DNA of 64,000 bases from Candidatus Tayloriibacteriota bacterium (GTDB taxonomy: Bacteria > Patescibacteriota > Minisyncoccia > Phycocordibacterales > SIBU01). The translations under genes were made by a program, and so were the position numbers. Every line of letters begins with the position of its first letter. Position 1 is the first letter of the stretch. The DNA lies in NCBI GenBank assembly GCA_009695005.1, contig SIBU01000002.1, positions 7,274 through 71,273 on the forward strand. The letters run 5' to 3'. The notes under the pieces were generated by a model, which had not been told where the DNA came from, did not search any database, and worked only from the letters and a program-made list of their open reading frames with translations. This document shows positions 56,975 through 64,000 of the stretch, in pieces.

Positions 56975-57805
56975 ATGATATTTGTCTCAAATCTAAAAAA
57001 TAGTTTTTACAACCCTGTGTTTTATAGATCTTTGAAGGATAAGTCTCTGGGCTTTTCAATGAAATATTTTTTTTCATTTATAGTAATTTTGGCATTTATA
57101 GTCGCTTTTATTTTAGGAAGCGAGTTGGCTCCTCTATTTTCCGCGGAGAGTCTCAAAAAATTTGTAAGTTTTTATCCTAAGGAATTGTCACTTACCATCA
57201 AGAATGGGGTGGTTTCGAGCAATGTTTCGGAGCCGTATGTCCTCAAGGCGACATCTGTCAAAAAGGGCGAGCATAGTAATTATTTGGTAGTTGATACTAG
57301 TAGTGATTCATCTTTGGATACTTTTCGAAAATATGATACGGATGTTTTGATAGGACGAAATTTTATTGTTAGTGAAAAAGGGAAAAGTCAGATTCAAGTG
57401 ACTGATATCAGTCGTTTGCCTGATTTTACTTTTAATCAGGAATTATTGTTTCATTGGGCCGATGTCATAGGTAGTCATCATTTGGCGCTTTCGTTCGGCT
57501 TTTTCTTTATTCTATGGACTGCGTTTGTATTTTATTTTACTTTTAATTTGGTATGGTTGGCCGTTATGGCACTTATAGTTTTGTTGATTGGTAAGGTAAA
57601 GGCTGTTTCTTTGTCATATAGCCAGTCTTTAAAAATCACACTATTTGCTTCTACTTTGCCACTAATATTAAAATCAATTTTTGTTGTTGCTGCTATCTCT
57701 GCGCCATTTCCGCTATTTTTCAGTGTGCTGATTGTTGTTGTGGTTATTGCCAACATTAAAGCAGATGAGATTGAAATTTCTCATAATCCTTCTGAAGTTG
57801 CGTAA
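56975..57805 (+). CDS. Membrane protein of unknown function
   Basis: An N-terminal TM segment, then a soluble segment, then 3-4 C-terminal TM helices. No motif recognised. Confidence 0.4.
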   Translation: MIFVSNLKNSFYNPVFYRSLKDKSLGFSMKYFFSFIVILAFIVAFILGSELAPLFSAESLKKFVSFYPKELSLTIKNGVVSSNVSEPYVLKATSVKKGEHSNYLVVDTSSDSSLDTFRKYDTDVLIGRNFIVSEKGKSQIQVTDISRLPDFTFNQELLFHWADVIGSHHLALSFGFFFILWTAFVFYFTFNLVWLAVMALIVLLIGKVKAVSLSYSQSLKITLFASTLPLILKSIFVVAAISAPFPLFFSVLIVVVVIANIKADEIEISHNPSEVA

Positions 57806-57814
57806 AGCGTTTGG

Positions 57815-57846
57815 AAGAAAATTGAAAACGGCGCGCCTTGGCGCGC
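57815..57846. terminator. Strong GC-rich palindromic rho-independent terminator (bidirectional)
   Basis: aaaacggcgcgcc-ttg-ggcgcgccgtttt is a perfect 13-bp stem flanked by an A-run and a T-run. Lies between the membrane-protein gene and secA. Confidence 0.7.
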
Positions 57847-57890
57847 CGTTTTCGTCGAATACCTGTCAATTTGATGTTTTATGTTAATAT

Positions 57891-60395
57891 ATGACGATGC
57901 TTTTTACATTAAAAAAATTATTCGGAGATGGAAATGAGGCTAAAATAAAGGTTTTTTTACCGATAGTAGCAAAAATTAGCGCATTAGAAGCCTCAATTAA
58001 AGCTCTTTCTGACGATGCTTTAGCGGGCCGAACAAAATTTTTTAGAGAAGAATTGGCAGAAGGCAAGACTTTCGAGGATATTTTACCTGAGGCATTTGCT
58101 GTGGTTCGCGAGGCTTCAAGACGCACTTTGGGCCAGCGTCACTTTGATGTTCAACTTCTGGGTGGAATTATTTTACATAAAGGAAATATTGCAGAAATGA
58201 GAACTGGAGAAGGTAAAACTTTGGTGGCTACTTTGCCTGCCTATTTGAACGCTTTGGGTGGTAAGGGCGTTCATGTTGTAACCGTCAACGATTATCTTTC
58301 TCGCCGAGATGCTGCTTGGATGGGGCAGATTTATTCTTTTCTGGGATTGTCAGTTGGAATTGTTAATCATGAAAGTTCATTTATTTATGATCCAAAACAT
58401 ACAGAGGTAGATCAGGATCGGGATGAAGTAGGTTCATTTAAAGTGCACCACGAATTTTTGCGGCCGGTTAGCCGACGGGAGGCGTATCACGCGGATATTA
58501 CCTATGGTACCAACAATGAATTTGGATTTGATTATTTACGAGACAATATTTCGTATGAAGAAAGAGAACTGCGCCAGCGCGATTTTAATTTTGCCATCGT
58601 CGACGAGGTAGACTCGATTCTTATCGATGAGGCAAGAACACCTCTTATTATTTCTGCTGCCACAGTTGATTCTGAGGATCTTTATGCTACTTTTGCAAAA
58701 ATCGCCACCACTCTTAAACGAGATGTGGATTTTAAGGTAGATGAAAAGATGCACGCTATAACATTGACAGACAGTGGTATTGAAAAGGCTGAGCAAGAAC
58801 TTGGGGTGGACAATATATACACCGAAAAAGGAATGAAATATGTTCATCATTTAGAAACTGCAGTTAAGGCAAAAGCTCTCTATGAAAGAGATCGGTCTTA
58901 TGTGGTAAAGGAAGATCAGGTGATTATTGTGGATGAATTTACCGGCAGGCTTCAGCCTGGACGAAGATGGAGTGAGGGCTTGCATCAAGCTGTTGAGGCC
59001 AAGGAGGGGGTTGCGGTACAAAAGGAGTCCCGCACTATGGCTTCCATTACTTTCCAGAACTATTTCAGGCTTTACAAGAAGCTGTCTGGCATGACGGGTA
59101 CCGCTAAAACCTCATCTGAGGAATTTTACAAAGTTTACGGTACGGACACTTTGGTGGTACCGACAAACAAACCCATTAACCGTCGTGATGGTAATGATCA
59201 GATTTTTCAAACAGAAATAGGGAAATTTAAGGCTATAGCTCGAAAGGTAAAAGATTTGCACGCCAAAGGACAGCCGGTTTTAATAGGTACGGTTTCGATT
59301 GAAAAAAATGAATTACTGAGCGAATATCTAAAGAGTGAAGGCGTGCCACATGAAATTCTTAACGCTAAAAATCATGAACGTGAAGGTGAAATTATTGCTC
59401 AGGCCGGACGAAAAGGAGCTGTAACTATTGCCACTAACATGGCGGGTAGAGGTGTAGATATTAAGTTGGGCGGTAATCCATCAACCGACGTTATTTCGGA
59501 GGAAGTGAAAATTTGCGGTGGACTTTTTGTGCTTGGTACTGAAAGGCATGAGGCCAGGAGAATTGATAACCAACTTCGCGGTCGTTCCGGAAGACAAGGT
59601 GATCCTGGTTCAACACAGTTTTTTGTTTCGTTGGAGGATACTTTGATGCGTGTTTTTGCTTCGGACATGATTAAGAATATGATGGGTCGTTTCGGCATTC
59701 CGGAAGATCAGCCAATTGAGAATCGTCTTATTACTCGTTCTCTAGAAACAGCACAGACAAAAATTGAAGGTTTTAATTTTGACGCTCGCAAACATGTTTT
59801 GGAATACGATGATGTATTGAATCATCAACGCACGGTTATTTACGCCAGACGCCGAAAGATTTTACTTGGAACAGTTGAAGAAATTGAAGAAATTCTTTCT
59901 GACATGTCGGAAGGGGACGAAGAGGTGATTAAAATAATCGAGAGTAAAAGAAAAGAAGTGGGAGAGGATGAATTTTTCCGCAATCTTCGTCGTTTAATGC
60001 TTCAGGCCGTAGATACTTTTTGGATTGAACATCTAGAAATTATGGATTACATGAGAGGTTCAGTTAACCTTCGTGCTTACGGTCAGCGTGATCCGTTGGT
60101 GGAATATAAAAAAGAAGGATTGCGTCTCTTTAAGGAAATGGAAGCTGCCGCCTCAAGTCAGATTATTCGTCTTATTCCTGCAATTGCTTCAAATGTAGCT
60201 ATTTTTAAGGAAGAAAAACGTCGATTAGCAGAGGTGCATGAGCAAGCTCAAAGTATAGGTAGTGGTGATGTTGAATCGAACAAACAGCACAATGCTCATG
60301 ATGTGCCAGCAATTTCTTCAGCATCTAAGGTGGGTAGAAATGATATTTGTCCTTGTGGGTCAGGGAAGAAGTACAAGAAGTGTCATGGAGCATAA
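57891..60395 (+). CDS. secA: Preprotein translocase ATPase SecA
   Basis: N-terminus [21 protein letters not shown] motor motifs ([49 protein letters not shown]). C-terminal Zn finger [14 protein letters not shown]. 834 aa. Confidence 0.9.
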   Translation: MTMLFTLKKLFGDGNEAKIKVFLPIVAKISALEASIKALSDDALAGRTKFFREELAEGKTFEDILPEAFAVVREASRRTLGQRHFDVQLLGGIILHKGNIAEMRTGEGKTLVATLPAYLNALGGKGVHVVTVNDYLSRRDAAWMGQIYSFLGLSVGIVNHESSFIYDPKHTEVDQDRDEVGSFKVHHEFLRPVSRREAYHADITYGTNNEFGFDYLRDNISYEERELRQRDFNFAIVDEVDSILIDEARTPLIISAATVDSEDLYATFAKIATTLKRDVDFKVDEKMHAITLTDSGIEKAEQELGVDNIYTEKGMKYVHHLETAVKAKALYERDRSYVVKEDQVIIVDEFTGRLQPGRRWSEGLHQAVEAKEGVAVQKESRTMASITFQNYFRLYKKLSGMTGTAKTSSEEFYKVYGTDTLVVPTNKPINRRDGNDQIFQTEIGKFKAIARKVKDLHAKGQPVLIGTVSIEKNELLSEYLKSEGVPHEILNAKNHEREGEIIAQAGRKGAVTIATNMAGRGVDIKLGGNPSTDVISEEVKICGGLFVLGTERHEARRIDNQLRGRSGRQGDPGSTQFFVSLEDTLMRVFASDMIKNMMGRFGIPEDQPIENRLITRSLETAQTKIEGFNFDARKHVLEYDDVLNHQRTVIYARRRKILLGTVEEIEEILSDMSEGDEEVIKIIESKRKEVGEDEFFRNLRRLMLQAVDTFWIEHLEIMDYMRGSVNLRAYGQRDPLVEYKKEGLRLFKEMEAAASSQIIRLIPAIASNVAIFKEEKRRLAEVHEQAQSIGSGDVESNKQHNAHDVPAISSASKVGRNDICPCGSGKKYKKCHGA

Positions 60396-60560
60396 CAAGC
60401 TATGAGAATTTATGTAACCTCATCTTTTGGAGAAAGTAAGTAGTCGAGTATGCTGTAATAGAAGATATTTCTAATGGACTCAAAAAGCTTTGATTAGGAT
60501 ATGTTGTGAGTAAGTACTTTTTAGGTAGTAAAGAGTAAATTTCTCTCAAATAAAAATATT

Positions 60561-61022
60561 ATGCCGCACATACATGAAAAAATTGATTTTACTGTAGAAG
60601 TTTTTATTGTTCACAAGGACCGAGTACTTCTTCGGATGCATGACAAGTATAAGAAGTGGCTTTCGGTCGGCGGACATATTGAACTGTACGAGGATCCGAT
60701 AGAAGCTGCAGTCAGGGAGGTGAAGGAGGAAGTTGGGCTTGATATTGAGCTAGTCGGTAGTCAAAAAATCTTTGAGGGAGTTGACCACACAATAGAGCTT
60801 CTACCACCGATTGCCTTAAATAGAAATCGTGTATCTCCGACACACGAACATGTCACTTTTGTATATTTTGCCCGTACCGATAAAACGGAAATAAAGGCAC
60901 AATATGAAGATGATAAAAGTGAGGAATGCAGATGGTGTACTGAAAAAGATTTGTCGGAGATGGATCTTTGGCCAAACGTCAAGGCTTACGCATTGGAAGC
61001 GCTTCATCGCTTAGGAAAATAA
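60561..61022 (+). CDS. Nudix hydrolase
   Basis: GGHIELYEDPIEAAVREVKEEVGL is the canonical Nudix box GX5EX7REUXEEXGU. Confidence 0.7.
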   Translation: MPHIHEKIDFTVEVFIVHKDRVLLRMHDKYKKWLSVGGHIELYEDPIEAAVREVKEEVGLDIELVGSQKIFEGVDHTIELLPPIALNRNRVSPTHEHVTFVYFARTDKTEIKAQYEDDKSEECRWCTEKDLSEMDLWPNVKAYALEALHRLGK

Positions 61023-61028
61023 TCTTTT

Positions 61029-61661
61029 ATGCCAAAATCTGTTTGGGATACAATTTACAAAGATTATGAAAAAGACGGAAAGGCTTGGGCGAGTTTGAAA
61101 GACGGCATCCACCCGTTATTTATTAGTTTTCTTAAACAAAGTAAGTTCGGCAGGAAGTCGGTATTTGATTTGGGTTGTGGTAATGGGAAGTATTTAGAAT
61201 TTTTACAAAAAGTGGGTTTTGAGGTTTCGGGTATTGATTCTAGTCCAACTGCAATTAGAATGGCACAAAAGAGTTTGGGGAAAAATGTAAAACTTAAAAT
61301 TGCCGATATGTATCTATGTGAAATTCCTGAAGGTATTGATTTGATAATTTCCATTGCAGCAATCCAACATCACACTAAGCCAGCAATAGCAAAGCTTGTT
61401 TCAAGGGTATATAAATCTTTATCGTTAGAGGGAAATTTTTTTATCACTTTTCCACGTCTGAGTATGGCTAGCCGTTGGAATACTTTTAAAGATGCAAAAC
61501 AAATTGCTCCAGGCACGTTTGTCCCCATTCATGGTCCTGAAAAGGGATTGGTGCACAGTTTTTACGAAAAAGAAGAATTGGCAAAACTTTTCTCTAATTT
61601 CGAAAACGTCAAAATTATTAAAGACGACATGGGTAGGTGGGTAGTACAAGGGAAAAAATGA
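61029..61661 (+). CDS. Class I SAM-dependent methyltransferase
   Basis: VFDLGCGNGKYLEFL (motif I), VSGIDSS, and LIISIAAIQH. Confidence 0.6.
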   Translation: MPKSVWDTIYKDYEKDGKAWASLKDGIHPLFISFLKQSKFGRKSVFDLGCGNGKYLEFLQKVGFEVSGIDSSPTAIRMAQKSLGKNVKLKIADMYLCEIPEGIDLIISIAAIQHHTKPAIAKLVSRVYKSLSLEGNFFITFPRLSMASRWNTFKDAKQIAPGTFVPIHGPEKGLVHSFYEKEELAKLFSNFENVKIIKDDMGRWVVQGKK

Positions 61662-62239
61662 TTCATTCCAAAATTCTCAAGAATGTTGGAATAGACGTAA
61701 ATTATATGAATAATAAAAGTTACCAGATTGGTTCAGAAGTCACAGTGAAGGAGTCTCTGGTACAGGGAAAAGGAGTTTTTGCTTTGCGTGATTTTAAAAA
61801 GGATGAGCTGGTTTATGTTGTCCCAAGAGGAAGATTTGTTAAAAAAAGTGAGGTGAAAGGCCTATCAGAATATGAAAAAGAGCATTTGGACCGTGTGGAT
61901 GTAGACACTTATGAATTAATGCAGGAGCCCGCTTGCTTTATAAATCATTCCTGCGAGCCGAATATTATAGAAAAGTTAATGCCAAAGGGGATTGAGGGTT
62001 ATGCGTTTCGAAATATTAAAAATGGAGAGGAGGTCGGTGTTGATTATCGGGTACGAGGTTTTGATGATTGGAAAATGAATTGCAAGTGTGGATCAAAATT
62101 TTGCACGGGTATTGTAATTGGTAATTTTTTCACACTTTCTTTAAAACTTCAGAAAAAATATTTGCCGTTTGCTCCAAAGTTCATCCAAGAAGAATTTGAG
62201 AAAAAGAAAAAAGCGAGGTGTAAAACACCCCGCTTTTAA
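61658..62239 (+). CDS. SET-domain protein (putative protein-lysine methyltransferase) with post-SET Cys cluster
   Basis: GKGVFALRDFKKDELV is the SET N-terminus. FINHSCEPN is the NHSCxPN motif. GYAFRNIKNGEEVGVDY (compare ELTxDY). Post-SET region CKCGSKFC. ORF-track GTG at 61637; the ATG at 61658 gives an ATGA overlap with the MTase stop. Confidence 0.6.
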   Translation: MIHSKILKNVGIDVNYMNNKSYQIGSEVTVKESLVQGKGVFALRDFKKDELVYVVPRGRFVKKSEVKGLSEYEKEHLDRVDVDTYELMQEPACFINHSCEPNIIEKLMPKGIEGYAFRNIKNGEEVGVDYRVRGFDDWKMNCKCGSKFCTGIVIGNFFTLSLKLQKKYLPFAPKFIQEEFEKKKKARCKTPRF

Positions 62240-62241
62240 GG

Positions 62242-63948
62242 TCATTCGATTTCTAGGTCTTGATCATCTGCCATTCTCCTGAATGTTGGCGATATGTCAT
62301 GAAGTTCGCGAAACGAATTTGCTATCGCTTCGATTTTTCCTCCAGAAAGAACAACAATCTTGTTAGCTCTCCTAACCGTCGATAGTCGGTGAGCGATGAC
62401 AAGTGTTCCAACTCCCTTGAGCAGTTCATCCAGACCAACCAATACCGCTTTTTCGGTAGTGGAGTCAAGCGAACTTGTGGCTTCGTCAATAATCATGAAT
62501 CGCGGTTTTTTTAGTACCGCCGCTCCGATCATCAAACGCTGTGCTTGTCCGCCGGAGAGTTTCACCCCGTCGCGTCCGACCACGATGTCGAGCGGATTTT
62601 CCCCAATCGGTCGTTTGCCGAAATCAATACAAAGTTTATTGAGTAGTGTTTTCAGATCCGATTCCGTGTTTCTGGTCGTTAACTCTTCCTTCGTGAGTCC
62701 ATATAAAAGATTGTCTTTTACAGTACCGTCAAGGATTTGTGAGTGTTGAGGAATGTATCCTACAGCTTTCATCCAGGAACTAGTTTTGATATCCCGAAGG
62801 TTTTGACCATTGATCGTAATGTTTCCTTCATCTGGATCCATGAAGCGCATAGCCAGGGCTTCGAGGGTGGATTTACCCGATCCCGAAGGTCCGACCAGTG
62901 CTACAATTTCTCCGAAGCCTACCTCAAAACTTACTTCTCGAAGAACAGGTTCTCCTTTTGGATAGGAATGAGATATTTTATTGAAGGCTAGTTTTACTCC
63001 GCCGTTTAGTATAAGTGCTTTTGCATTTTTACTCTCGATTACATTTGTCGGTTTTTCGAGAATATTCATGATTGCCTTAAGTTTCGGCATGTGCCTTCGC
63101 ATTTCTCGCTCAAGCCAGCCTAAACGTTCCAAGTTACCTCGAACAACTGAACTCCAAATCCAAATTGGAAATAAAATTCCGAATTCTTTACCTGAAGTTT
63201 TTGAAGTAAGGATTGAATAAGTGATTAACGCGAATACTGCAATTGTCCAAAGTGATGTAAGACTTTCTCTTAATGTTGAAGAAGCATTTTCCCACAACCA
63301 AAAGTCTCGATCTCGTTCACAAAGCAGTTTCTGCTGAGCTTTGATAGTTTCAATTTCCTCATCTTTTTTTGCTGAGGTTGAAACCCTTTCGACATTTTGC
63401 CAACGTGCGGCAATATATCGGTCTAGCGCTCGAAAATCATCATCTAGCGCCGCGCATTCCACTTCAAGTCGCCAATTGTTATAGGCACTCCAAAGAATGT
63501 GAATGATGACAATGGTAATCATGGCTAGCCCCGCCTTAGGATAGAGCAAGGTTAAATACACAAGAGCCATTGTCAGAAGACAAATCACTTCGAAAGTATC
63601 CGTAGACTTGTTTGTAAGAAGATCTTGGGCGCTTTCTCTGGATCGCCCTAAGCTTTCGTGATTTAAGTCCTTTTCTTCACGGTGCTGGTTTTGAGATTTC
63701 CCAAAAAATCTTTCTGTTATACCGACAACTATAGATACTTTGTTCATCCCCCAAATCCACTCATGTGCTCTGGTTGACTGCCATCTCATTACTCGGCCAA
63801 ATAGCTCAAGACTGATTAGTATTAGAAAAAGATAAATAATTCTTTCTCTTTTACCTCCAGTTACATCTGCTATCAGAACGCCTACGATTCCTGGTTCAGC
63901 AAGACTGGCCGCCATCATAAGAAGGATTGTAACGTATCTCCATGCCAT
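62242..63948 (-). CDS. ABC exporter, fused transmembrane/ATP-binding (MsbA-like type I exporter)
   Basis: An N-terminal 6-TM domain. NBD with Walker A GPSGSGKST, signature LSGGQAQR, and Walker B MIIDEATSSLD. Confidence 0.7.
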   Translation of the reverse strand: MAWRYVTILLMMAASLAEPGIVGVLIADVTGGKRERIIYLFLILISLELFGRVMRWQSTRAHEWIWGMNKVSIVVGITERFFGKSQNQHREEKDLNHESLGRSRESAQDLLTNKSTDTFEVICLLTMALVYLTLLYPKAGLAMITIVIIHILWSAYNNWRLEVECAALDDDFRALDRYIAARWQNVERVSTSAKKDEEIETIKAQQKLLCERDRDFWLWENASSTLRESLTSLWTIAVFALITYSILTSKTSGKEFGILFPIWIWSSVVRGNLERLGWLEREMRRHMPKLKAIMNILEKPTNVIESKNAKALILNGGVKLAFNKISHSYPKGEPVLREVSFEVGFGEIVALVGPSGSGKSTLEALAMRFMDPDEGNITINGQNLRDIKTSSWMKAVGYIPQHSQILDGTVKDNLLYGLTKEELTTRNTESDLKTLLNKLCIDFGKRPIGENPLDIVVGRDGVKLSGGQAQRLMIGAAVLKKPRFMIIDEATSSLDSTTEKAVLVGLDELLKGVGTLVIAHRLSTVRRANKIVVLSGGKIEAIANSFRELHDISPTFRRMADDQDLEIE

Positions 63949-64000
63949 CCAACGTCTCCATTTTTCGTGATTGGCTATCGATATAAGCCAGTTCCAAATT

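Noticed and set aside
1-64000. CRISPR arrays, tRNA/rRNA genes, transposases/integrases
   Set aside because: I found no regularly spaced direct repeats, no tRNA-like T-arm/acceptor patterns in intergenic regions, and no transposase/integrase-like ORFs. The only mobile-element hint is the small excisionase-type HTH gene.

Overview
This window is a low-GC (~36-38%), densely packed bacterial segment. For about 57 kb it is almost entirely a mosaic cell-surface glycan locus; it ends in housekeeping genes (murB, secA), a Nudix-methyltransferase-SET operon and an ABC exporter. All family calls rest on motifs read directly from the translations. No search or structure prediction was possible, and no phylum is claimed.

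The glycan locus contains:
- at least 11 glycosyltransferases: GT2, GT4, GT10 and GT11 fucosyltransferases, and two ArnC/ArnT-like polyprenyl-phosphate/GT-C pairs;
- at least 7 methyltransferases, including a TylC3-type sugar C-methyltransferase and an FkbM-type enzyme;
- a dTDP-deoxysugar toolbox: rmlA, two rmlB copies, two RmlD-like reductases, a half-size NDP-hexose 2,3-dehydratase, a KijD10-type 3-ketoreductase, and an FdtA-like ketoisomerase with a DegT aminotransferase;
- two PLP-dependent 3-dehydratases of the ColD/E1 type, in which His replaces the Schiff-base Lys;
- GDP-fucose genes (gmd, fcl, and a second Fcl paralog);
- a GDP-heptose-like module (GHMP kinase, GmhB, HddC-like nucleotidyltransferase);
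- a nonulosonic-acid module (a NeuB-like synthase fused to a TIM-barrel domain, a DUF115/Maf-like protein, and a NeuA-like CMP-sugar synthetase);
- split transketolase subunits;
- a Wzm/Wzt ABC exporter whose Wzt carries a C-terminal carbohydrate-binding extension;
- a large O-antigen-ligase/TPR fusion.

Four short segments are clearly GC-richer than their surroundings. Three of their ORFs (16800, 41171, 54554) carry Shine-Dalgarno sequences that native genes lack; these look like acquired cassettes. One of them encodes an aldo-keto reductase, another a GalT-like HIT enzyme.

Other oddities:
- a 264-aa 'mini' pyruvate-kinase barrel lacking the B and C domains;
- a single-domain 2,3-dehydratase;
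- an MTase-GT2 fusion;
- several rho-independent terminators and candidate promoters.

Many ORF-track starts use TTG/GTG; I re-picked ATG starts where a conserved N-terminus made that clearly preferable.
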